Part shown: positions 25,516-34,243 of the stretch, piece by piece
Layout: each line of letters starts with the position of its first letter
How positions within the stretch are numbered: position 1 is the stretch's first letter
From: Escherichia phage phiWAO78-1
Length of the DNA: 44,551 nt
Sequence record: MW331437.1
Reading direction: 5' to 3' (one strand)
Notes under the pieces: generated by a model
Database searches by the model: none
What the model was told of the DNA's origin: nothing
Seen by the model: only the letters and a program-made list of their open reading frames with translations
Position numbers and translations under genes: made by a program

Positions 25516-26909
25516 TTCTTACCTCTGCGCTTCATATAATTAAGTAGTTCGTCCTGTACAGACCTTTTCTCGTCTGTACGCGCGGCGACAACTTCATCAA
25601 GAGTATCTCTGGCTATTATTTGGTAAATGAATACAGACCGTTTGTACCCAGATTGCATCTGCCTTACTGGCCCTATGCGCTCGATAACCTGCAAATAGTG
25701 TTCCAGGTTCCACCCCTGACTTATAAATGCCATGTGATGCCCGCCGTGTTGTAGTGACAGCCCGTGACCTGCGGAGGCCGGGTGTATCAGGAGCATAGGT
25801 ATTTCACCGCGGTTCCACGCTTCCATCTGCTTATTGCCCTTCGCGCCTTTAGCAAACGCCTGTGCCTGCGGGAATCGCTTAAGGATGCGCTCCAGTTCGT
25901 GCTTAAACTGATAGGCCACCAGCAACGGAGCACCCTGTAGCTCCTCAACAATGGACTCAAGCGCATCAAGCGCATCAAGTTTCGTGTCGTGCACTTTCTC
26001 CCATTCTTTGGTTGCTTCGCCGTCTGGTCCTGACACATATACGGCGCCGGATGCAATCTGCAAACACTTAGACGTCTTCGCCGCTGCGTTAGCCGCTTCG
26101 ACTTCTCCGCTCTCCAGTTCCGCAAATAACTTTTCCTCCATATCGATGTACGCCTGTCGCGCTTTCTTCGGCAGGTCGATTTCAACCGGTACGATAATCG
26201 GCGCTTCGCACCCGAACCACTCGGCGGCGTCAATCGTGAGACTAATGTCCTTCATCTTCTGGTGAATTTCATTATCCGCACCGGGGCGAGCATGATACTC
26301 GCGCGCCATTGCCGACTTACCTTTCTGTACCGAGTTAAACCAGCGGTCGGTGAATGCTGTGTACGATGAGCCGAGGCGCTCGCCAGCGTCGATAAACCAG
26401 TTCTGCCCCCACAAGTCTTTTAGGCCGTTTGGTGATGGTGTGCCCGTCAGGTTGATGAAACGCTTAACCTTACCGAACGCAACTTTGCTAAGTGCCTTAG
26501 CTCTCTTGCTACCACCAGACCGGCTGCGGAATGATTTAAGTTTCGTGCTCTCATCGGCAACGATAACAGTAAAAGGCCAGTCATCTTTGCCGTAGTAGTC
26601 AATCAGCCATTCGATAACTTCATAGTTAGTGCACACCACATTAGCGTCTGACTCCAGAGCCTCGATGCGGCGCTTCTCTGAACCGGTCGCATCTACGACA
26701 CTCAGGCATGGAAATCGCCATTTCTCTTGTTCTGCGGGCCATGTGCCGGATGCGACGCGCAACGGAGCGAGGATTAACACGCGGTCGTCGTCCGTAAGCT
26801 GCCCGTTGCGGAACAGGCGGTTTAATGCCCACAGTACGCTGCCAGTCTTCCCGGCACCCATGCTTGCCCATATGTTGCAGCGATGGTGCCGCAACATGAA
26901 CGAGGTCAT
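25512..26909 (-). CDS. SNF2-family (superfamily 2) helicase
   Basis: Walker A SMGAGKTGS, DExx-type box VIVADESTKLK, LTGTPSPNG, and C-terminal helicase motifs. Confidence 0.75.
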   Translation of the reverse strand: MTSFMLRHHRCNIWASMGAGKTGSVLWALNRLFRNGQLTDDDRVLILAPLRVASGTWPAEQEKWRFPCLSVVDATGSEKRRIEALESDANVVCTNYEVIEWLIDYYGKDDWPFTVIVADESTKLKSFRSRSGGSKRAKALSKVAFGKVKRFINLTGTPSPNGLKDLWGQNWFIDAGERLGSSYTAFTDRWFNSVQKGKSAMAREYHARPGADNEIHQKMKDISLTIDAAEWFGCEAPIIVPVEIDLPKKARQAYIDMEEKLFAELESGEVEAANAAAKTSKCLQIASGAVYVSGPDGEATKEWEKVHDTKLDALDALESIVEELQGAPLLVAYQFKHELERILKRFPQAQAFAKGAKGNKQMEAWNRGEIPMLLIHPASAGHGLSLQHGGHHMAFISQGWNLEHYLQVIERIGPVRQMQSGYKRSVFIYQIIARDTLDEVVAARTDEKRSVQDELLNYMKRRGKK

Positions 26910-26936
26910 GAGCTTCTGGTACTCGCGCCTTTGAAC

Positions 26937-27620
26937 TTAGACATGATTAGCCTCGTAAACTGCTTTTGCGAAACCCCGCGGAGTAAGGCTGCGGATTGTT
27001 TTTGTTCTGGCGCTCTTTCCGCCGAGTTTAGCCCAACCAGGGTTATCTCCGCTGCCCACGGCAACCTCGGCAACGTCGGGCATAACAAACCCATTTCCGA
27101 CCCACAGGCACGTCTTTTTAACATATGCGTCCCGCGCCGGGATAACGTCAGGGAACATTGGATGGGTGTCGTCTTCGGGTAAATAGCCGCCGTATTCGTA
27201 CGGGTTGAACGCGTAGTCAGGCTTACGCCATAAAGACGAAAGAACGCTAACAGGGTTCTCAATCATATAAGGTACGTTGTACTTTTTAGCCAGACGCGCC
27301 GCCACTTTGCATGTAATCACGGCCTCTACCTGGAACGTCGGATTCTTCTTCCGCTTCGTTTCAAAATGCGCCGCGCCGCTAACGGCTAAATCTGTGCACG
27401 GAGGGAACTCGAAAATAATATCCGGCGCGACCTCGAAGTCGAATTTATTATCAATCCACGCGTTTATATAGTGGATATTTTCATGTTCAACTTTTGCGCC
27501 CAATCGTGCGTAGTCTCCGTGGTCGGCGCCGTCGTAGTTGAAACAATAGCAAGTATGGCCCGCTTCTGCCCACGGTTGGGCCATAAGGCCCGAGCCGTCA
27601 AACAATGACCAGACAATCAT
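26937..27620 (-). CDS. DNA (cytosine-5)-methyltransferase-like protein
   Basis: FxGxG (SLFDGSGLM), PC motif (FPPCTDLAVSG) and ENV-like (MIENPVSV) in the canonical order; short (227 aa), so target-recognition region is small. Confidence 0.5.
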   Translation of the reverse strand: MIVWSLFDGSGLMAQPWAEAGHTCYCFNYDGADHGDYARLGAKVEHENIHYINAWIDNKFDFEVAPDIIFEFPPCTDLAVSGAAHFETKRKKNPTFQVEAVITCKVAARLAKKYNVPYMIENPVSVLSSLWRKPDYAFNPYEYGGYLPEDDTHPMFPDVIPARDAYVKKTCLWVGNGFVMPDVAEVAVGSGDNPGWAKLGGKSARTKTIRSLTPRGFAKAVYEANHV

Positions 27621-27808
27621 TTCGCCACCAGCACCAATTCTTTACGCCCGAACGCTGTAACGTTACCGGTTACATCTTCAATAACCAGTTTACCGTTCGA
27701 CTCGACGTATACCGTATCAACGGCAACAGGCCGACGGGTCTTAACGTTGAAAATCATGTCGTCCGGTACGAGGTCACGTGCTGGTTTGCGGTCGTATTCG
27801 TGTTTCAT
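27617..27808 (-). CDS. Hypothetical small protein
   Basis: 63 aa ORF with GGAATTGAG SD behind promoter H; start/stop overlap with the methyltransferase gene. Confidence 0.4.
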   Translation of the reverse strand: MKHEYDRKPARDLVPDDMIFNVKTRRPVAVDTVYVESNGKLVIEDVTGNVTAFGRKELVLVAK

Positions 27809-27838
27809 TTCTCAATTCCTTATATTGTTGGTGTGTGA

Positions 27839-28138
27839 TTAACTATAATAGTTCGCTATTAGGTCGTCAACTTGTTTAAACGATCCGACGACAAAAACAT
27901 TTGCGCCACGTTTACGCATACGCTCATGTTCTCGCAGCTGGTGCGGGTCAGGCTTCGTGTTTTCGTCTTTCTTAACCTCGACGAACCAGATGATGCCGCC
28001 GGGGAGGATTACTAGCAGGTCAGGAGCGCCGGAGCGCCCCTCGAAGGAAAGTTTACGAACGAGGCCACCAATGGCCTCGAATCGCTCTTTTGCGTATTTC
28101 TGTACGCGCCCCTCTTTAGTCATGAGCGCAGAACCCAT
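27839..28138 (-). CDS. VRR-NUC domain nuclease
   Basis: 99 aa with PD-(D/E)XK-type core (APDLLVILPGG...FVEVKKDEN...HQ) characteristic of VRR-NUC proteins. Confidence 0.65.
   Translation of the reverse strand: MGSALMTKEGRVQKYAKERFEAIGGLVRKLSFEGRSGAPDLLVILPGGIIWFVEVKKDENTKPDPHQLREHERMRKRGANVFVVGSFKQVDDLIANYYS
27842..27870 (-). promoter_or_regulatory. Class-2 promoter H: TTGACG-N17-TATAGT with AATAG-N4-CTATT dyad in the spacer
   Basis: Near-consensus sigma70 hexamers at optimal spacing, read on the minus strand; about 30 nt upstream of ATG 27808. Confidence 0.6.
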
Positions 28139-28272
28139 GTAAGGAAAGCCCCTCCTAGAACGGCAACACCGACAAACTTAAAGAACAGGCCGTAACAGAA
28201 CATCGCAGCTATTCCTGCACCGAGTAACAGTGCGAGCATGGTTACTATCGTCCAAAATACAAACATTGTCAT
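28120..28272 (-). CDS. Small hydrophobic membrane peptide (50 aa)
   Basis: Translated by hand; GGAG SD; ATGA overlap with upstream gene; two hydrophobic segments. Confidence 0.3.
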   Translation of the reverse strand: MTMFVFWTIVTMLALLLGAGIAAMFCYGLFFKFVGVAVLGGAFLTWVLRS

Positions 28273-28472
28273 AACAAAGGCTCCGCATCCGGGTTACGCA
28301 GGAAGTACGCTTGATAGATGTCGTGTTCCGAATAGTAAACACCTTTGTGTGTGCACCCCGCACAAACGTCACTAAAGAACCCATCACCCATTACCATGAT
28401 AAATTCCCATTCCGGCGTATCCACTAACGCGGCTAGCTTCTTACTAAATGGTTTGTTACTCATAATACGCAC
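28269..28472 (-). CDS. Hypothetical small protein
   Basis: 67 aa ORF in operon context with translationally coupled neighbours. Confidence 0.35.
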   Translation of the reverse strand: MRIMSNKPFSKKLAALVDTPEWEFIMVMGDGFFSDVCAGCTHKGVYYSEHDIYQAYFLRNPDAEPLL

Positions 28473-28666
28473 CCCTCACGTTTCGTATGCTCAATATCAC
28501 AGCGCGGGCAGATTCGACAGTCTTCTTCGTATAACCAGTATATTTTCATTCCAGCACCCACAAATAAATTGCGATGAACATGCCTAATACAGCGACAATC
28601 ATGCCGTATTGGCCTTCGTGACAGTAGACACCGGCGGCGAATCCCGCCAGTACCGCGATAATCAGT

Positions 28667-30847
28667 TTACTTGGCATAACGTTTTAACTCCTGACCTTCC
28701 GCTACAAGAGGGAACCCCTCGGCCCACTCTGGTAATTCGCACATCAACCGTTCCAGTTCTGCGACATTGTATTCCGGTGAATCTGGTGTCTCGCAGATAA
28801 TCTCATCGTGTACGTGAAGCACAATCGGGTAGCCGTTTGCTTCAACGTTCAGCAGTGCATTAGCCAGCAAATCACGGCACAGCGCCTGAGTGCAGTTTTC
28901 CACCAGTTTACCGGAGTAGGTGTACTGGAAGCCCCACTGACGGGTTAGCTGATTTTCGCCCTGGTACTTGATGCGCACGTTAGTAGACACCTTCCCATCT
29001 TCGTCTGTCTCTTTCGACACGCTCAATCCTACGCCCGGGTAAGACATAACGCGACCTGACGGCAGCGTCATACGCAACCACCAACCGGCGACTTTGTTGC
29101 CGTTGTTGTCTGTCTCCGCGTTACGCGAAAACTTAACCCCCCGCGGCCCTGCGGTGAACTCTTTACCAGGATTGCGGATAGCTGCCATAGCCGCGTCTTC
29201 AATATCTCGCCAGAAAGCTACGGTTTCCGGGTGGGACTCACGCCACATGCGTTTGATAGCGTCACAGGTACGCCACACTTTCTTATCAAGAATATATGAT
29301 GGTCGGTCATCCTTTTCACCGGGACGCGGAGGTCGCTTGGCCTCCTGAATGCGCGCCCACTCGTATCCGCGTGCGGTAGCAGCCCATATATGGTCGGGGA
29401 AAGTACCGTCCATTGTTTTAGCCATATCAACGAGGTCAAGGCCGAGGTTCTTAGCAAACTGAACGAAAGCACCAACACCACCTGCGTAGCCGAGGCCCAA
29501 TTCACAGGCTTTACCAATCTGGCGTAAGTCTTTACGTTCCTTCTTAATGTAATCTGGATCCATGCCGAACATCTTACCTGCGGTTACGCAGTAAATATCA
29601 AGACCGGCGCGGAACGTATCGAGTGCGGTTTCTTCTCCTGCCAGCCATGCCAACCCGCGGCCTTCAACGTTAGAGTAATCGGCAACAACAAACTTATGCC
29701 CAGCTTCCGGTATGATGCAACTACGAACCGTCGATGCCGTTAGTTTGGCTACATCGAAACGGCGATGCGCGCGGCCCTTAAGTAACGCAGAAATCCCTTT
29801 ATCCAGTTCATCATCGTGATAGTACCCGCGTGCCAGGTTCTGCGGCTGGAAGCCTTTGCCAGCAAACCGTAGCGTACGCTTTGCCCCGCCATACTGGATG
29901 CAACCGCGACGGCGGTCGTCAGACGAGCGACCCAACAGCAGCGGGTTATATTTCGTTGACGCGGTGGACGCGGCCCCGAGGCGCATTTCGATAATAGTGC
30001 GGGCGTCGTCAGGTAAATCATCATCAGCCAACAGGTCGTTAAGCGTTGACTTCTGCGCGTTGTGGATGCGGTGCGCTGGTGCAAGTTCACGCAGAATCGG
30101 AAGGAAGTCTTTACCTGTAAGCGAGCCGCCGTATTTGCGTTGGGCTTCTTCTTGTAACTGCGCCTTGTGTTTCTCTACGGCTTCAATCGCGGCTTCTGCC
30201 AGTGCAACGTCAACCTTAAACCCGCGGTCATTGATTAACTGGTCAAGTTCCAGTACACGGTCTTCGAACTCGGAGTTACCCCACCGCGGCAGCTTATGGA
30301 ACACTTCACGCATCGCAGTGATGTCGCTCACGGCGTACTTGATGAACAGCGCCCACTCGTCCGGGTGTGTTTCAGCGGTGTAACGGCGGATTTTGTAGTT
30401 CTTCGGTGTCGGTTTAGAGAAACGCTGAATCAGCGCCTTACCACGTTTGTCTTTTGCATTGTCAGCAGACACCCCCAGCACTTCACACAATGCGTCAAGT
30501 GAACCCGGCAACGCGTGACGAAACGCCCAAATCATCGTATCAATGGTGTTGCTTACCGGAATATCAAAGCCCCAGCAGTGCTTCATGATGAGCCTATCGA
30601 ACATTGAGCCGTTGTGCCACACCATCTTGATGCGGCTGTTCGGCTTCACCAGGCGGCGTAACGCGCGGTGTAAATCTCCCGGCATGTCGCCGCCGTCGGT
30701 GCAATCCCACACCTGCACAGGCTCGTCATCAAAAGCATAGGTACAGATTAGCACTTCGGTAGTTGGATGTTCGGCGTAGGCATAAGAACCGACTTTCTTT
30801 AAATCGGCTTCGGAGAATGTTTCAAAGTCTAAGAACAGGTAACTCAT
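28667..30847 (-). CDS. DNA polymerase, family A, with 3'-5' exonuclease domain
   Basis: Exo I FLDFETFS, pol motif A DYSNVEGR, motif B RQIGKACELGLGYAGG, motif C LHVHDEI. Confidence 0.9.
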   Translation of the reverse strand: MSYLFLDFETFSEADLKKVGSYAYAEHPTTEVLICTYAFDDEPVQVWDCTDGGDMPGDLHRALRRLVKPNSRIKMVWHNGSMFDRLIMKHCWGFDIPVSNTIDTMIWAFRHALPGSLDALCEVLGVSADNAKDKRGKALIQRFSKPTPKNYKIRRYTAETHPDEWALFIKYAVSDITAMREVFHKLPRWGNSEFEDRVLELDQLINDRGFKVDVALAEAAIEAVEKHKAQLQEEAQRKYGGSLTGKDFLPILRELAPAHRIHNAQKSTLNDLLADDDLPDDARTIIEMRLGAASTASTKYNPLLLGRSSDDRRRGCIQYGGAKRTLRFAGKGFQPQNLARGYYHDDELDKGISALLKGRAHRRFDVAKLTASTVRSCIIPEAGHKFVVADYSNVEGRGLAWLAGEETALDTFRAGLDIYCVTAGKMFGMDPDYIKKERKDLRQIGKACELGLGYAGGVGAFVQFAKNLGLDLVDMAKTMDGTFPDHIWAATARGYEWARIQEAKRPPRPGEKDDRPSYILDKKVWRTCDAIKRMWRESHPETVAFWRDIEDAAMAAIRNPGKEFTAGPRGVKFSRNAETDNNGNKVAGWWLRMTLPSGRVMSYPGVGLSVSKETDEDGKVSTNVRIKYQGENQLTRQWGFQYTYSGKLVENCTQALCRDLLANALLNVEANGYPIVLHVHDEIICETPDSPEYNVAELERLMCELPEWAEGFPLVAEGQELKRYAK

Positions 30848-30863
30848 TATTTTCGACCCTTAG

Positions 30864-30887
30864 TAAAAAGGCCCAATGAAGGGCCTT
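30864..30887 (-). terminator. Rho-independent terminator on the minus strand (AAGGCCC-TTCATT-GGGCCTT + TTT)
   Basis: Stem-loop about 20 nt downstream of the minus-strand gene ending at 30907. Confidence 0.55.
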
Positions 30888-30906
30888 AGTTAAATTGATT
30901 CAGATA

Positions 30907-31533
30907 TTAGCGGCGACGACGTTCGCGGCGTGGTGCTTCATCTTCTTCGTCGTCTTCGAGGTCATCGACGCTCGCAGCAACTTTAGAACCACCGAACGCT
31001 TTACCTTCACCGACGTATTTAATCGCCAGCAGGTTAACACCGAGAACTTTGTATTTCTGGCTGAACCAGATTTCAACGCTTACGTTAGCGACGCAGCCGC
31101 TGTAAACCTGTTCACCTTCAATCTGTTCGCCGTCTACGTTGAAATCCTGTTCTACCTGAGTCTCGCCTTTTTTAGATGTTACGATCAGTGGCTGTTTCTG
31201 TGCCTTCGCTTTGAAGTAGAAGCCTTCCGGGAAATCTTCAAACGGATTGTCGCGCTCGGCAATGTCTTTAATCGCACATTTATCCATGTGCTTTCCTTCG
31301 CCGTAGTTTGACTTCATCCACTTCTCGGCGGCGGCAGCACCTAATGCTTCTTCAACTACAGCGTAAACAGTGTCGTAGAGCGCATCGATTTGCGCATGGT
31401 CAGACGGCAGGATAATAGTCGCGCTGTACTGACCCTTAGTGATTGAGCCATCGTCGTTTTCACGGTCTTTTTCGCGTTCGAATACGTTAACCCATGCAGT
31501 GTTTACTTTACGCAGATTCAGTTTAATACCCAT
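30907..31533 (-). CDS. Single-stranded DNA-binding protein-like (putative)
   Basis: 208 aa with strongly acidic C-terminal tail (DDLEDDEEDEA) as in many SSBs; adjacent to Cas4-like nuclease and DNA polymerase; family assignment by context and memory. Confidence 0.45.
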   Translation of the reverse strand: MGIKLNLRKVNTAWVNVFEREKDRENDDGSITKGQYSATIILPSDHAQIDALYDTVYAVVEEALGAAAAEKWMKSNYGEGKHMDKCAIKDIAERDNPFEDFPEGFYFKAKAQKQPLIVTSKKGETQVEQDFNVDGEQIEGEQVYSGCVANVSVEIWFSQKYKVLGVNLLAIKYVGEGKAFGGSKVAASVDDLEDDEEDEAPRRERRRR

Positions 31534-31591
31534 CTTGATTTCTCGCTTTTAGGTTTCGTCTACTCCGGGAGCTGCCCGGCCAGTGATTATA

Positions 31592-31620
31592 AATATAATA
31601 GCTAACTATTCAGGTGTCAA
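31592..31620 (-). promoter_or_regulatory. Class-2 promoter F: TTGACA-N17-TATATT with AATAG-N4-CTATT dyad in the spacer
   Basis: Consensus -35 and near-consensus -10 at 17-nt spacing on the minus strand upstream of 30907-31533. Confidence 0.6.
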
Positions 31621-31624
31621 CACT

Positions 31625-31828
31625 TTATTTAAGTTTCTTCGGAACTACCTTATAAATATAGGGCTGCACCGCCTCATGCTTTGAGTTCTTCTCTTCTGCA
31701 ATTTTGTCGGCGTCGGCGCGTTTAGCGTGAACAGAAACAATATCAAGTTCTTGAATGGAGTATCGGCGGTGATACCGCGTGAGAATATAAACCATCATTC
31801 TAAATCCTCCTCTGTTACCTGATTCCAC
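31625..31828 (-). CDS. Hypothetical small protein
   Basis: 67 aa ORF overlapping the 3' end of the upstream nuclease gene. Confidence 0.35.
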   Translation of the reverse strand: MESGNRGGFRMMVYILTRYHRRYSIQELDIVSVHAKRADADKIAEEKNSKHEAVQPYIYKVVPKKLK

Positions 31829-33060
31829 TCAGGACGTTTGTCGTCTGCCGTTGCAACACATGGCACCCCTGGCTTGCGTGTTATAAATGGTTCAAGCGCC
31901 GCCATCTCATCTGCCGAAAGAACTTTTGCTGCCTCCGTAGGGGACATCAATACCTCTTTTTTGAGAATGTCGCCGTGTGATACTTTAATAGCATCGGCAT
32001 CTTTCCACGCACGATTACCCGGGCGACCCTCAACCAGTTTGTACCCCAGCACTTTCTTACCGGAATGCAATGCAGCAGCCATAGCTTTCTCAACCTTGTC
32101 GATGTGCTGGCGCAACAACGGCAACTTCTCATACTCAGCTACGAGTTGCTCCAGCGTAAGTTCCAACGCAAAGTCGTCTTCCAGTTCTTCCGCCAGTACC
32201 GCGTTAACGGTTTTTGTACGCGCGGCGCACTGTTCGGAGAACCGACACCACTGGCAACCATCTACCGACGGCCTGAAGTCTGACGTTTTCAGGTTCTTCT
32301 TGCCACGGGAATAGGCATCAAGGGCCAACAGTGCACGTTTCTGTGCGAACTTAGCAAACAGTTCAAGGCCTTCAACCGAGATGTCCCACTCCGACGCGCC
32401 ACCAGCATACGGCTGGAAGATTACCAGACGCACAACTGTGATGTTATAACGTCTCTTGAGTCTGCGATAAACACCGAGAGCATAGAGCATAAGCTGCTTG
32501 TTTTCTTTCGCTTCGACACGATGTCGTCCTGTTTTAAGGTCGGTGACATTGAGGATATGTTCGTCTGTGTTAGCCTTTTCAAGAACGGCAACAAGGTCGG
32601 CTGTTCCGAACGTCTCGACGCCTTCATACCCCGGATGCAATACCTCAGTAAGATTTACGCGCATTTCCAGCTTGGCGTAAGTAGCAACGTCTATAATCGC
32701 TTTGCAGTAGTCGGTGTACTTGCGCACCTGCTCAATCATGTCAGCCGTAATCAGTACCGCGCCTTTCATCGGGCTTATTAATGCCTTAATCTGGCCTTTA
32801 CCTTCATCCAGCACGTAAGCACCAACTTCACGCTCTAACGGCAACGCAGTGCCTTTGATGTACTGGTTTAGATGAATCTCGGCTATAGTGTGCATCGCTG
32901 TGCCTAATACCGCGGCTTTACCTGACGTGTTAGGAATATCTTTTTCACACGCCAGTGATGCCGCGCAACTTAGCCACTTCTTAGCACCTGACGGCGACAG
33001 CAGGGCGTGTACGTCGTTATTGCCGCCGCGTTCCTTTAAAATCATACCCTGTTCTCCCAC
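31795..33060 (-). CDS. PD-(D/E)XK nuclease, Cas4/RecB-like exonuclease (putative recombination exonuclease)
   Basis: 421 aa; N-terminal LSPSGAKKWLSC, and C-terminal Cys cluster CQWCRFSEQC typical of Cas4-like Fe-S nucleases. Confidence 0.65.
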   Translation of the reverse strand: MGEQGMILKERGGNNDVHALLSPSGAKKWLSCAASLACEKDIPNTSGKAAVLGTAMHTIAEIHLNQYIKGTALPLEREVGAYVLDEGKGQIKALISPMKGAVLITADMIEQVRKYTDYCKAIIDVATYAKLEMRVNLTEVLHPGYEGVETFGTADLVAVLEKANTDEHILNVTDLKTGRHRVEAKENKQLMLYALGVYRRLKRRYNITVVRLVIFQPYAGGASEWDISVEGLELFAKFAQKRALLALDAYSRGKKNLKTSDFRPSVDGCQWCRFSEQCAARTKTVNAVLAEELEDDFALELTLEQLVAEYEKLPLLRQHIDKVEKAMAAALHSGKKVLGYKLVEGRPGNRAWKDADAIKVSHGDILKKEVLMSPTEAAKVLSADEMAALEPFITRKPGVPCVATADDKRPEWNQVTEEDLE

Positions 33061-33314
33061 TGGTCAATTAAATGTCGTGTCTTATGGTCACAGTGCATAG
33101 CCCACCCATACATCGACTCGAAGACATAAAAGTCAGGCTTGGCGAAAGTCGTGCGCTTAATCTGCGACACGTGACGGCCTATATCTTTAGGCCGTGGTAC
33201 TTTGCCCAGGTACGCCATCTCTTCCATCTGATGCGCACCGGACGGCGCACGCAACAGCCACAACGCCTCCATGTTATCCCGCCTGTCAACGGCGCGGTAG
33301 AGTTGGTAAATCAT
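33042..33314 (-). CDS. Hypothetical protein
   Basis: 90 aa ORF in the early operon with overlapping start/stop. Confidence 0.35.
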   Translation of the reverse strand: MIYQLYRAVDRRDNMEALWLLRAPSGAHQMEEMAYLGKVPRPKDIGRHVSQIKRTTFAKPDFYVFESMYGWAMHCDHKTRHLIDQWENRV

Positions 33315-33553
33315 TCCGCGTTCCTCGCTTCCAGCATTGCGTCTGCCATGATGTACGCCATTTGCGCTACTTGCGCGGTGTTCCCCGCGGCCACAGGGTG
33401 CACTGCATCCGCTGGGTAACTAGCAAGCCACCCTTGAAGGGCTTTAGCCGCGAAATAGTCACGTAATGTCATACCGTCTTCCGTAGTCCAATCTGAGTTG
33501 TAGTCCACGTTACCCAACATAGGGAAAGCCTGTCCGCCTGTATTTTTACACAT
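33311..33553 (-). CDS. Hypothetical protein
   Basis: 80 aa ORF in the early operon. Confidence 0.35.
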   Translation of the reverse strand: MCKNTGGQAFPMLGNVDYNSDWTTEDGMTLRDYFAAKALQGWLASYPADAVHPVAAGNTAQVAQMAYIMADAMLEARNAE

Positions 33554-33573
33554 AATTACGACCCTCAGTTAAA

Positions 33574-33589
33574 GCGGCCCGAAGGCCGC
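33574..33589 (-). terminator. Weak terminator-like hairpin (GCGGCC-CGAA-GGCCGC)
   Basis: GC stem after the gene ending at 33597; poor U-tract, so efficiency doubtful. Confidence 0.3.
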
Positions 33590-33596
33590 CGGATAG

Positions 33597-34118
33597 TTAT
33601 TCTTCTTCGAAATACTTGTTCTTGATTGCTGTCAGGCGTTCCAGATATTCAGCCAGGTCTTCGTCTTTAATCGCGGCAATCTTCATCTTCTTACCGGTGA
33701 ACTCTTCCAGCAGTTCATCGGAATCATCACACGCGGCGTCGCTCGGACCTTCGTTAATCGCGTCGTCGATAGCCTGAATCTGGTCACGCAGAGACTTATA
33801 GTCTACTTCTTCTTTCTCTTCTTCCGGCTCTGGAGCAGGCTCCTCTACTTTAGCTTTACGCGGCTTGCGTTTCGGCTTCTCTTCTTCTGCCGGTTTAGTG
33901 TCAACGATGTCTTCGCCCTCGACTGGGAGTTCTTTCGCTTTCTCGACTTCTTCAAGTGCTTTAGCCAGTTCTTTTTTAACTGTTTCTACCCCCGTGACCG
34001 CGACGTCAACGGTTAATTCACCTACTGATTTGCCGTTTTGCGGTTTCACGCTATTCGCAGCAATCAGTTCATGCGCAACTACGAAACGTTCCAGTAATAC
34101 TAAGAATTTCTCTAACAT
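33597..34118 (-). CDS. Highly acidic early protein (hypothetical; possible DNA mimic)
   Basis: 173 aa, very Glu/Asp-rich with one basic patch; first gene downstream of strong promoter G. Confidence 0.45.
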   Translation of the reverse strand: MLEKFLVLLERFVVAHELIAANSVKPQNGKSVGELTVDVAVTGVETVKKELAKALEEVEKAKELPVEGEDIVDTKPAEEEKPKRKPRKAKVEEPAPEPEEEKEEVDYKSLRDQIQAIDDAINEGPSDAACDDSDELLEEFTGKKMKIAAIKDEDLAEYLERLTAIKNKYFEEE

Positions 34119-34149
34119 TTGTTTCTCTCCTCTCGTTTGGTATGGGTTA

Positions 34150-34179
34150 ACTATAATAGCTAACTATTCAGGATGTCAA
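34150..34179 (-). promoter_or_regulatory. Class-2 promoter G: TTGACA-N18-TATAGT with AATAG-N4-CTATT dyad in the spacer
   Basis: Consensus -35 and near-consensus -10 on the minus strand; divergent from the XRE-type regulator gene. Confidence 0.6.
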
Positions 34180-34243
34180 CGGGCTTTTCTAAAATAATTA
34201 ATATGGTACTATTCACATATCAACTGACTAAGGAGTAACTGAC

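Noticed and set aside
28178-28387. 69-aa minus-strand ORF
   Set aside because: Competes with two overlapping ORFs (28120-28272 and 28269-28472) that have SDs and ATGA coupling; this frame lacks such signals.
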